IMG/VR virus record: IMGVR_UViG_3300028393_000035 | Location: 1-64,000 of that record | Strand: one strand, 5' to 3' | Length of the DNA stretch: 64,000 nt | Source: a virus | Part shown: piece by piece, positions 8,715 to 17,353 of the stretch | Position numbering within the stretch: position 1 is the first letter of the stretch | How the letters are laid out: every line of letters starts with the position of its first letter | Notes under the pieces: model-generated | Told to the model about the DNA's origin: nothing | The model's input: only the letters and a program-made list of their open reading frames with translations | The model's database searches: none | Made by a program: the position numbers and the translations under genes

Positions 8715-8787
8715 CACCCCCGGCAGGATTCGAACCTGCGACAAACTGGATAGAAGCCAGATACTCTGTCCACTGAGCTACGGAGGC
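8715..8787 (-). tRNA. tRNA-Arg(TCT)
   Basis: Anticodon loop CTTCTAT; T-arm GCAGG-TTCGAAT-CCTGC; TGCTATACT box upstream at 8794-8802. Confidence 0.93.
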
Positions 8788-8808
8788 CTTGACAGTATAG
8801 CAAAACAA

Positions 8809-8833
8809 GAAAGGCTCCGCAAGGGAGCCTTTC
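8809..8833 (-). terminator. Intrinsic terminator after nrdJ
   Basis: GAAAGGCTCC...GGAGCCTTTC hairpin followed by T-rich tract on minus strand. Confidence 0.75.
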
Positions 8834-8864
8834 CATACTTCTTGTCTATATAATTAGACTAAGC

Positions 8865-10544
8865 TTAAATGCCGCAGGCCCCTCCCACACATTTGGCTTC
8901 ATCTTCCTCGTATACGACGCCAACCTTATCTTTAGCCTCTTCATAAGTGGAGATGGTAAAGGGTTGTCCGCCTCTTGACCCGTCAGGGTAACAAGTGATT
9001 CCACGCAATTGCGGTAGGTAGCCATACAGAAGATCTGCAAAATCAGCAACCTCTGTTGGGTCTGTGATTGGGTACGGAAGATTAATTGTTGAAGAAATGC
9101 CGTGATCGACATACTGCTGCATCCATGCCTGCATTGCGATCCTGCGCTCAACATCAAATGCAAGGGTATACGCATCCTCAATAGCTTCTGGGTCAACGCC
9201 CTCATCAATAAGGCGCTTGGCAGTAGGATCAATTACATACTGATAATTGACAATATCTTCTCCATTTGCCTGAGCTTCCTTGTAACGCCTCTTAAAGGCC
9301 ACACAGAAAATAGGTTCAACACCAGTGGTAGTTTCAGCAATGATACCGATTGTGCCAGTAGGAGCAATTGCACGGGTCTTAACAGGAGTATTAAGACTAT
9401 GCTTAGAAGCCCAATCGCTAGCAAAACGAGTTGATTGAGTGTAAACATCAAGCCAATCACCAAGTTCTGCGTCAGGAGCATACTTTTTGCCATTCTTAAG
9501 AAGCCATTCATGAACACCCATAACGCCTAGACCAAGACGACGATTCTTTGCACGAACTTCCTTAACCTTGTCATATGGAAGGTGCGAATAAACGGTTCCA
9601 GCAAGAAGGAACAAAGTGCCATACTTAACTACTTCGCGCATTTCATCAATATCAGTAATGCGAGCAAGGTTAATTGAACCAAGATTGCAAATATCTGAAT
9701 CGTCGCGTGAAGTTACCTCGCAGCAAGCGTTCCTGAGTGTTTCACCAGCGTTCTCACCAATGTCTACACTGAATCCGGGTTCAGCAGTCTTAACCATGTA
9801 CTGAACGCCAAGATGATAAATGTGATGAGCAAGCTTATGCTTCTCATGATTAGAATCCTCATAAGCCGCAAAGAATTCATCATCAAGAAGAATTGACACA
9901 TTGGTAAATTCCATATCTGCTGGGAAGTTAAAATCAACAGCCTTGATGTCTCTTACTTCCTGCCTCCAATCCTTAATACGAATAAACTCTTCACAGTCCG
10001 GATGTGACCAATTAAGGCCAGCCCAAATAGCTGAACGACGGGCGCCACCCTGCATTACACCGCGACCAATTTCATTAACCATCTTCATAAGAGGAATAGG
10101 GCCAGAAGCAACACCGCCAGTTCTCTTAATAGGAGTATTTGATGGACGAATATCGCTGTAATCAACACCAATACCAGCACCAGTCTGTAGTGCCATAGCT
10201 GACTTAGCTAGAAGATCAGCCCAACCCTCCCTTGAATCCTCTGCCTTAAGCAAAAGGCAATTCTGAGTCTGATGAAGATCTCTACCGGAAGCATAAAGAT
10301 AACGACCACCGGGAAGAAACTTACGATCTTTTACAAAATTATAAAGTTTGTCAAATTCTTCACTATCAGTTGAATAACCAAGAGCGCCAAGAACATTCTC
10401 AACTACACGATAGGCAGTATCAGACCAATCTTCGGTTACATTACCATTTTCATCTTTCCAAGCATACTTGGATTCATAGATAGTTTGAGCAAATTCACTC
10501 ATCTCAGTAGATGAAACATTACTACTTTCTTTTACTAAATTCAT
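8865..10544 (-). CDS. nrdJ: Class II (adenosylcobalamin-dependent) ribonucleotide reductase
   Basis: FLPGGRYL, QNCLL, GGARRSA, RNACCE, CNLGSINL, RRLGLGVMG, AIAPTGT, DHGISSTINLP, C-terminal CVGGAC; no beta subunit nearby. Confidence 0.92.
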   Translation of the reverse strand: MNLVKESSNVSSTEMSEFAQTIYESKYAWKDENGNVTEDWSDTAYRVVENVLGALGYSTDSEEFDKLYNFVKDRKFLPGGRYLYASGRDLHQTQNCLLLKAEDSREGWADLLAKSAMALQTGAGIGVDYSDIRPSNTPIKRTGGVASGPIPLMKMVNEIGRGVMQGGARRSAIWAGLNWSHPDCEEFIRIKDWRQEVRDIKAVDFNFPADMEFTNVSILLDDEFFAAYEDSNHEKHKLAHHIYHLGVQYMVKTAEPGFSVDIGENAGETLRNACCEVTSRDDSDICNLGSINLARITDIDEMREVVKYGTLFLLAGTVYSHLPYDKVKEVRAKNRRLGLGVMGVHEWLLKNGKKYAPDAELGDWLDVYTQSTRFASDWASKHSLNTPVKTRAIAPTGTIGIIAETTTGVEPIFCVAFKRRYKEAQANGEDIVNYQYVIDPTAKRLIDEGVDPEAIEDAYTLAFDVERRIAMQAWMQQYVDHGISSTINLPYPITDPTEVADFADLLYGYLPQLRGITCYPDGSRGGQPFTISTYEEAKDKVGVVYEEDEAKCVGGACGI

Positions 10545-10799
10545 AACTTTTCCTTTTTAAGTTTTTATTTGGTAGTGATTATATTCTTTGTTTATTGTTT
10601 GTCTTTAGTGGAAGCTTGAGTTAATACTATTAATCAATATAACCCCTGTTGTAGCCCTTCATCACAAGATGACACCGCCTCCCTGCTATCTACAATGTAG
10701 CAGATAGCAACACCTACCCATCTGACGGGTTAAGTGACGTTTGGCAAAATGTCGAGCTATTGGCTCTTTATTTTCAACGCCCGCTTCTCAGCGATGACG

Positions 10800-10828
10800 A
10801 GGATAACACACAAAAATAATAATTGCAA
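10800..10828 (-). promoter_or_regulatory. SigA-type promoter driving a ~250-nt nrdJ leader
   Basis: TTGCAA-17 nt-TATCCT with TG extension. Confidence 0.6.
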
Positions 10829-10855
10829 GCCAAGTTGATATAAAAACTAAATTCT

Positions 10856-10884
10856 TTGCAAAACAATGTTGAATGTGCTAAATT
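10856..10884 (+). promoter_or_regulatory. SigA-type promoter of replication operon (leaderless first gene)
   Basis: TTGCAA-17 nt-TAAATT with TG extension; ATG 10891 six nt downstream. Confidence 0.65.
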
Positions 10885-10890
10885 ACTCAC

Positions 10891-11196
10891 ATGGAAATCA
10901 AACCTTATCAAATTTGCGTATCCGCAGATGGCTGGTATCCCATTCGAATTGAGTCCAGCAATCAAGATCAATATTACACTGTCATGGTGTCTCCTTGGGG
11001 GGAACAGAATGATCACATTTGCGAATGCGCAGGATATACATATCGCGGTTCATGCCGCCATCAAGAAGCGGCTCAACGATATCGATGCGCTTGGAAAGAA
11101 AACGAGTCAGACGTAAAACAAACGGAAGATAAAAGAGAGGAAATGATTTGTCCTAGATGTGGTGGACCCACTAAATGGGCAATTGAGGTAAAATGA
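10891..11196 (+). CDS. SWIM zinc-finger protein with C-terminal Zn ribbon
   Basis: CEC-x8-CRH and CPRCGG. Confidence 0.8.
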   Translation: MEIKPYQICVSADGWYPIRIESSNQDQYYTVMVSPWGEQNDHICECAGYTYRGSCRHQEAAQRYRCAWKENESDVKQTEDKREEMICPRCGGPTKWAIEVK

Positions 11197-11738
11197 ACGA
11201 AGAACTTATTAATATAACTAGCGAACTTGGCGCTTCTTACAAAGAGGCCAAGAAGTGGGATAAATCAAAGAACGAGTGCAGAAAGAAGTTTTTTGAAATT
11301 GCTGAACAGCAGCATGGCACTTTGGCAGAAAAGATTGTCGCTGTTTCAGCAGCAAGTTTGGGCGATGCTATTTCACAAGCTGAAAAGTTGCATCCATCTT
11401 GGACTCCTCTTTCGGCAACAGAGACCGATAATGGATTTGATGTTAGAATTAGAGAAAACCCTGCATTTATGCCTTTTACTTTTGTAAACGATGAAGATGG
11501 CATGGTTTATCAAAAGCAGGTTGTTTCTGGACCCGTCATGTTTGATGACGAACGCTTTGAAAAAGATCACCCAACGCTTTATTATGTGGTGACTCATGTG
11601 CCAGAACCAAAGCGCGAACTTAGACCTTTAGAAGATCTTTCAGATGAGCAAATTGCTATCATTCAAGATTATATCTACGAAGGTAAGCCAGTTATTAAAC
11701 TTGCCGCCCCTAGAAAAGCTAAGGAAGACGAGATTTAA
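11193..11738 (+). CDS. Hypothetical protein
   Basis: ATGA overlap with upstream gene; 181 aa. Confidence 0.75.
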   Translation: MNEELINITSELGASYKEAKKWDKSKNECRKKFFEIAEQQHGTLAEKIVAVSAASLGDAISQAEKLHPSWTPLSATETDNGFDVRIRENPAFMPFTFVNDEDGMVYQKQVVSGPVMFDDERFEKDHPTLYYVVTHVPEPKRELRPLEDLSDEQIAIIQDYIYEGKPVIKLAAPRKAKEDEI

Positions 11739-11999
11739 ATGACAGGTAAATTTTCTTTCACCATTACAGACCTTGCTCGTTTTTTGGGTAAATCGTCTGT
11801 TACATTGAGAGGCTGGGAAAGAAAAGGTCTTTTTGATTTTCCCAGAGATCCAAGTGGTGATCGTAAATTTACTACTACTGATATTAGAGATGCGGCTCGC
11901 AAGGCAAGAGAATTAAAACGCATTTCTAATCAAAGGTTGCAATACATAGAGGCGTCTGTTACGATGCTTGAACTTATCGAAAGAGAGAATAATAAATGA
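11739..11999 (+). CDS. MerR-type HTH DNA-binding protein
   Basis: TITDLARFLGKSSVTLRGWERKGLF...RDPSGDRKF. Confidence 0.85.
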   Translation: MTGKFSFTITDLARFLGKSSVTLRGWERKGLFDFPRDPSGDRKFTTTDIRDAARKARELKRISNQRLQYIEASVTMLELIERENNK

Positions 12000-12649
12000 G
12001 AATAGGATTAATTGGCGTACCCGGTTCTGGCAAGACATTCCTTGCAGAATCATTAAAATCTGCATTTGAAAAAATTAATAACGAAGAACATTTGCCAGTT
12101 GCAATTGTAGATGGGTATGTAGAAGAATTACAAGATGAAGTTGATTTAGCTCTCAGTTGGATGGGAACGTATATTGGCAATTCACACATTGCTTTAAAAC
12201 GAGAAAGCAAAGAAAGAATTGCCGCAAAAGATCACAATGTTGTTATTAGTTGCGGAACTTTGTTTGAAACTTCATCATATACTGTTCAATATATGGATAG
12301 TCAATACCAGTTTATAGAAGATGATAATCAAGAAGCAAAATACGATTTTGTTTTAAAAATAGAAGCAATTACAAGATTTTTAGCCTGCTTATATGCGGAC
12401 ACTTTAAATTACGATTACATTTTTTATCTACCACCAGTTGAAGAGATTGAAGATGTGCGAATTAAAGAATTAGAGAAAAATTTGCAAGCGGCTTTTACCG
12501 GATTTAACCTATACCCGGTAACTAAGCTTTTTGTAGAGGGTGCTAATATGTTGGAAGTTACTGAAAATCGTGTCAAGGCTGTATTAAACGAGGTATTAAA
12601 TGCAAATAACATTAAGGAACAAGACGTACAACCTGAAGAATCTAACTGA
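11996..12649 (+). CDS. P-loop nucleotide kinase-like ATPase (AAA_28/NadR-like)
   Basis: MRIGLIGVPGSGKT Walker A; YDYIFYLPP. Confidence 0.75.
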   Translation: MRIGLIGVPGSGKTFLAESLKSAFEKINNEEHLPVAIVDGYVEELQDEVDLALSWMGTYIGNSHIALKRESKERIAAKDHNVVISCGTLFETSSYTVQYMDSQYQFIEDDNQEAKYDFVLKIEAITRFLACLYADTLNYDYIFYLPPVEEIEDVRIKELEKNLQAAFTGFNLYPVTKLFVEGANMLEVTENRVKAVLNEVLNANNIKEQDVQPEESN

Positions 12650-13430
12650 TCAAGAGTATAATTTGGCTATCAAGCTTGCAAAAAGCAAGCAACCATTAGA
12701 TCAGTGTCCAACTTGTGATTCTAAAATGGAGGCTATTCCCGGCTCCGGTGGAGTCAGAGAACGAGTTAATGGAAAGTACCGTTACATGGGAGAAGAGTAT
12801 CCATGTGAATGTGATGCTCAAATTGCTCTTAGAGCTAGGTACTTAGTAGCAAACATTGGTGAACAGTACCAACGTTTGTCATGGGACGAATGGGACGGTT
12901 GCGAAGATACTAGGAATGTAGTTGATACATATCTTGGTAGCTGGGAAAAGTTTTTTAAGCAGGGAATTGGTATTGAGTTTTACAGCTCCGCACTTGGAAC
13001 GGGTAAAACTTTTGCATCTACTCACATTGGTAAAGAGTTGATTAAAAAGGGTCAATCTGTTTATTTTATTCCGTTTATTGAAATGGTTGCAGCGTTTGAT
13101 AGACAGGATTCTGATTACATTGCAGGCAAAATTAGAGAATCAGGATTTGTAATCCTTGACGAAGTAACACCTCCAAATTCAGAGGCACAAAGGGCGTTTT
13201 TCTCAGTTCAGCTAGAAGCCCTTATTCGTCATCGAACAAATAATAACCTTCCTACAATAATGACAACGAATATGAGTCAAGAGATGCTAAACTCATCTTA
13301 CCCGCGCATTTATTCGCTGTTGTCTGCAAAGCAGATTAGGCAGGAAGTGAAGGGAACCGATAGGCGAGAGTTTATCGGAGTACAGGAAATGGAAATTATT
13401 GCAAACGGAGAAACGAGACCTATCACATGA
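12600..13430 (+). CDS. dnaC: DnaC/IstB-like helicase loader
   Basis: CPTC...CEC Zn motif; GTGKT; VILDE; IRHRTNNNLPTIMTTN. Confidence 0.85.
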   Translation: MQITLRNKTYNLKNLTDQEYNLAIKLAKSKQPLDQCPTCDSKMEAIPGSGGVRERVNGKYRYMGEEYPCECDAQIALRARYLVANIGEQYQRLSWDEWDGCEDTRNVVDTYLGSWEKFFKQGIGIEFYSSALGTGKTFASTHIGKELIKKGQSVYFIPFIEMVAAFDRQDSDYIAGKIRESGFVILDEVTPPNSEAQRAFFSVQLEALIRHRTNNNLPTIMTTNMSQEMLNSSYPRIYSLLSAKQIRQEVKGTDRREFIGVQEMEIIANGETRPIT

Positions 13431-14674
13431 GTATTACCGCGCCGTATCTTGATCTTGACGAAGAGATCCTTCATCATCTATCAGTTCCTGAATCGATTGG
13501 TTACATTCAGGCAGAACAAATTACTTCCGGTCTAATTGAAGATCAGTCAGTAAAAACTGTTTTTGATTGGCAAATGAATTACATTCGTGAGTATGGCAAA
13601 CATGCTACTCCAGCAGTAATTCAAGATGAATTTGGAATCGCTATATCTGAACCAGAGACCGTTATTGGGGATCTGATTAACAGACTTAGAGAACGTCATA
13701 TTCGCACATATGGTCGTGATATTATTCGTAACCTTGCTGAGATTGCAAATACGGAACCGCTTGCAGTATCTAAGGAAATGCTCAAGGCGGGTCGCGATCT
13801 TGCTGACCTAACACTTAAGCGCGGAGAAGTATTTGGTTCAGGCGATTATCATCGCGCAATGGCAATGTATGACAAGAGGGCGCTTAAGGGTAGAGGTCCA
13901 AGTCTTGGATTCCGTGAAATTGATGATCATTTTAATGGAATGCAGGGAGTAACTTTCCTAATCGCCGCTCCTAAAACTTATAAAAGTTGGATGACCATTA
14001 AGATGGTGCTGAATAACATCACTACTGAAGATGAGCATTTTCCATACTTGTACTCACTAGAACTTCCTGCCAATGAGAGCGATATGCGCCTTCGTTGCAT
14101 GGCTGCAAATGTTCCCTACTGGAAGTACCTTAAGAATTCTCTTATGCCAGAGGATAGGCGAGCAATTGAGGATGCATCTGAGCTAATGGATGAACGCGGT
14201 CAGTTCAGGATTGAAAAACCAGATCAGGGCGAGCGTGGAGTTCAGCGCATGGTAGAACGAGCAATTAATGCCGGTGCTAGCTGCATCTTTATTGATCAGC
14301 TTCAGTACATTGAAAATCGCAAGGGTCTAAACCTTGGTGCGCAAAACAACACTGGTGATTATTTTGAGGTAGTGAATGATCTTCGTAACTACTCTGATCA
14401 AATTCCTATTTTTGTAGTTCATCAGTTCAATCGTTCGGTTATGAATGCAAGCGAAATGCCGGAAATGCAGCAGGGTAAGGGTTCATCTGCAATTGAAGAA
14501 GTGGCAACCCTTTCACTTGGACTTTGGGCAAGCAAGGAAATGCGCAAGAGTAATACATTGCAGATTGGCACACTCGCATCTCGTAACTATTCGTACCAAA
14601 ATTGGGAAGTAGGAGTTCAGCTTTCTCACGGATGTCGGTTTGATATGATTGGTGCAGTGATCGACGATGAGTGA
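13427..14674 (+). CDS. dnaB: DnaB-like replicative helicase
   Basis: AAPKTYKS (variant Walker A), YSLEL, IFIDQLQYI, VHQFNR; between loader and primase. Confidence 0.85.
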   Translation: MSITAPYLDLDEEILHHLSVPESIGYIQAEQITSGLIEDQSVKTVFDWQMNYIREYGKHATPAVIQDEFGIAISEPETVIGDLINRLRERHIRTYGRDIIRNLAEIANTEPLAVSKEMLKAGRDLADLTLKRGEVFGSGDYHRAMAMYDKRALKGRGPSLGFREIDDHFNGMQGVTFLIAAPKTYKSWMTIKMVLNNITTEDEHFPYLYSLELPANESDMRLRCMAANVPYWKYLKNSLMPEDRRAIEDASELMDERGQFRIEKPDQGERGVQRMVERAINAGASCIFIDQLQYIENRKGLNLGAQNNTGDYFEVVNDLRNYSDQIPIFVVHQFNRSVMNASEMPEMQQGKGSSAIEEVATLSLGLWASKEMRKSNTLQIGTLASRNYSYQNWEVGVQLSHGCRFDMIGAVIDDE

Positions 14675-14870
14675 GTATCGTCAACAAAGAGCGTATGATC
14701 TAGCTTTGTCTTGTCGGCGCTGTGGACATCCTACTGACGCACAATTTAACCCAAAGACATCAAAGTGGATTACTTGGTGTGAATGCGGTAAAACAGGAAG
14801 TCATTTAGGATCTGATATTGATAAAGAAATTCAAGAACTTATTAAGACTATTCCTAATAAACGCAAGTGA
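14667..14870 (+). CDS. Small Zn-ribbon protein
   Basis: CRRCG...CECG; coupled overlaps. Confidence 0.65.
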   Translation: MSEYRQQRAYDLALSCRRCGHPTDAQFNPKTSKWITWCECGKTGSHLGSDIDKEIQELIKTIPNKRK

Positions 14871-15877
14871 AAAAATACTTTGACATTGTAAACACCATTG
14901 ATGTTGATGAGTTTGAGAACGCCATTGGTTTTGAGCCAATGGGTCGAAGCGAAAATGGTGAGGATTGGGGTCAATGCCCAGATCCGTGGAGCATGCACAA
15001 GCATGGCGATAGAACCGGCAAATTTTCAATCAATAGAGAAAAGAGGGTTTTTAATTGCTTTGTTTGTGGTGGCGGTAGCTTGCTTTCATTGACTATGGCT
15101 GTACGCGATTGCACTGAAAGTGATGCAATTAATTGGCTTCATCAATTTTCATCTAAAGTCAATCAAACTAATGAGGGTTTTCTTGAAGAGATCAGTCGAA
15201 TGTTGACTGATAAAGAGATTGAAGAGAAACCGAGCCTACCTTGGTTTAATCAAAACGTATTAAAGCAATGGGAAGGTCAAGATCATGAATGGTTTACAGA
15301 GCGTGGCATTACTGATCAAGTTCGACTTGAATATCATTTGGGAGTAAATACTAAAACGATAAGATCAAATAAAGATCAAACTTTTGAGTCTACGTCAATT
15401 GTTTTGCCGCATTTTTGGCAAGGCAAATTGGTAGGTTGGCAAAACCGTTGGATTGGTGAACGTCCTAAGTGGGTTCCTAAATACACAAATACTGGAGACT
15501 TTCCTAAGAAACCTACGCTTTATGGATTTGATCAAGTCGTTGACGCTAACCAGCCAGTAGTAGTTGTAGAGTCAGTGCCAACGGTTTTGTATTTAGCATC
15601 TTTGGGCATCCCCGCAGTTGCAACATTCGGAGCGACTGTTAGCAAGGATCAAATGGAGATATTAAGAGGTTTTCAACATGGAGTTATTCTTGCTAGGGAT
15701 AATGATGACGCTGGTTGGAAATGGCATAACGATCTTTCTGTATATCTAGAAAGATATATTCCAGTAATGGAAATGGAAGTAGTTTGGGAAGATGATATTG
15801 GAGAAACAAAAATGGTTGAAAACCCAGATGTAACGGTTTGGCTTTATCATAACCCTGTTTATTCCAATGTTCTCTAA
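14867..15877 (+). CDS. dnaG: DNA primase (CHC2 Zn finger + TOPRIM)
   Basis: CP..H..D...FNCFVCG; VVVES; DNDDAG. Confidence 0.92.
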   Translation: MKKYFDIVNTIDVDEFENAIGFEPMGRSENGEDWGQCPDPWSMHKHGDRTGKFSINREKRVFNCFVCGGGSLLSLTMAVRDCTESDAINWLHQFSSKVNQTNEGFLEEISRMLTDKEIEEKPSLPWFNQNVLKQWEGQDHEWFTERGITDQVRLEYHLGVNTKTIRSNKDQTFESTSIVLPHFWQGKLVGWQNRWIGERPKWVPKYTNTGDFPKKPTLYGFDQVVDANQPVVVVESVPTVLYLASLGIPAVATFGATVSKDQMEILRGFQHGVILARDNDDAGWKWHNDLSVYLERYIPVMEMEVVWEDDIGETKMVENPDVTVWLYHNPVYSNVL

Positions 15878-15890
15878 GGTAATACGTACA

Positions 15891-16055
15891 ATGCGTAAGT
15901 ATACAGGCACTGAAAAGACAGAGGTTTTATCTCCAGAAAATCATAAAGTGATTTCTGCTACACTTCGGCGTGTAGGTAAGACATCTATGCAGCAGCTTTC
16001 AGATGCAGAAAAACTTTCTTTATCAGACTCACTTGAATCTGATAAAGAAGTATGA
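15891..16055 (+). CDS. Small hypothetical protein
   Basis: ATG 15891 preceded by late-type motif TTC-N6-GTAATA. Confidence 0.55.
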   Translation: MRKYTGTEKTEVLSPENHKVISATLRRVGKTSMQQLSDAEKLSLSDSLESDKEV

Positions 16056-16061
16056 TATATT
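16033..16061 (+). promoter_or_regulatory. SigA-type promoter upstream of SSB/dnaE
   Basis: TTGAAT-17 nt-TATATT with TG extension. Confidence 0.6.
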
Positions 16062-16116
16062 TATAATTGTAATTGGCAAAGAGCCTCATTGTAGGCCATA
16101 ATACAAAGGAAACAAT

Positions 16117-17106
16117 ATGCCGAATTATCAGCCCCGTAGGGGTCTTGGTGCAGTTGAGCAGGCAGCCCAGCGCAAGGGCGGAACAAAGCTTAGGGGTTTT
16201 GCTCCTGAGATTCGCTGGCGTGAAGATGGTGAAAAGAAGTACATTTTGGTTCTCTCTAGTTTTGATGGAGATGATCCTAATGGCGTAGTTGTTGCAGACC
16301 TACATGAGTTTATTCCTGTAGGAAAGGCAGAGAAGGCAAACGGTGAAACATACACCAAGTATGAATCATTTGTATCTCGCAAGGATCCACTTGCAGGAAG
16401 TGAAAGCTATGATGATCTTGAGGATCGTCTTGGCAACAAGCCTCGCACTCGCTGCATCGGTGTAGCTCTTGAACTTGAACCTGAGTTTGAGACAATTAAT
16501 GGTCGTAAGAAGCCTGTAAGGTTTTCTGTTAAGACAGATAGCTTTACTCGTAAGACTGATGACGGAACTGAAGAAGTTGGTCAGCCCGCAATTGGTCTAA
16601 TTGCACAGTCGGCAGCCCTTATGTGGTCGCCGCTTGGTTCAATTGATGAGTCACAGGGACCGCTATGCGACCTCCCGCTTGAAGTTGTTCGTGTTGGCAA
16701 GGACGTAAATTCTCGCTACAACTTTGTTCAGTTCCCGAATATGGAAGTTGATCTATCAGGACTTTTTAATAATCTTGATGGAATCACTTACATTTCAGAT
16801 GAACTTGATGAGGTCAAGGGTGAGCTTATTGCCAAGGGTGATATTGAGGCAGCACAGCTTGTTGGGCAGATCCTTATGGATAAGCGCCTAAATGAGCTTT
16901 CAGATAAGGCTCGCTATGAAGAGCTTGTAGGACCCATTGAGCATATTGAGCAGCGTTTTGGTGGTGCAGGGCGCAAGCCCAAGCCCGCTGCTGTTGCTAG
17001 CAAGCCCGCTCCAACTTCTACTACCTCTGGTGTAGAAGCGAGCCGCGAAGCGTTTGATCGCCTTCGCAAGAATATGGCTGCTAACAGCGCCAATGGCAAT
17101 TCATAA
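16117..17106 (+). CDS. Putative single-stranded DNA-binding protein (gp32-like)
   Basis: Position between primase and polymerase, size, RVGKDVNSRYNF motif, low-complexity tail; strong SD. Confidence 0.6.
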   Translation: MPNYQPRRGLGAVEQAAQRKGGTKLRGFAPEIRWREDGEKKYILVLSSFDGDDPNGVVVADLHEFIPVGKAEKANGETYTKYESFVSRKDPLAGSESYDDLEDRLGNKPRTRCIGVALELEPEFETINGRKKPVRFSVKTDSFTRKTDDGTEEVGQPAIGLIAQSAALMWSPLGSIDESQGPLCDLPLEVVRVGKDVNSRYNFVQFPNMEVDLSGLFNNLDGITYISDELDEVKGELIAKGDIEAAQLVGQILMDKRLNELSDKARYEELVGPIEHIEQRFGGAGRKPKPAAVASKPAPTSTTSGVEASREAFDRLRKNMAANSANGNS

Positions 17107-17353
17107 ATCGAATCTCCTTTTTGCCATGGATCGCATCGATGATTTCGGTGCGGTCCATGCTAAGGAAGATTTAGAGAATAAACTTGATGCTCTAGAGATT
17201 ATGCTAGAGTCAATTGGTCTTGACGATTCCTCTGTACCATCAATGATGAATTGGATTCAAAGGAAGCATGGTCACGGACAAGAAGGTGGTTTTATTTTAG
17301 GAGTCATTATTGGTATAATGGCTTACGAACACATGATTGAACAGGAAAATTAA
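17093..17353 (+). CDS. Hypothetical protein
   Basis: Fills SSB-dnaE gap. Confidence 0.6.
   Translation: MAIHKSNLLFAMDRIDDFGAVHAKEDLENKLDALEIMLESIGLDDSSVPSMMNWIQRKHGHGQEGGFILGVIIGIMAYEHMIEQEN

Noticed and set aside
2600-8715. tRNA-associated HDV-like (theta) ribozymes
   Set aside because: No P1/P3/P1.1 pattern recognisable in the tRNA 3' trailers I inspected
8593-8808. 71-aa ORF in the track
   Set aside because: Overlies tRNA-Tyr and tRNA-Arg; shadow ORF
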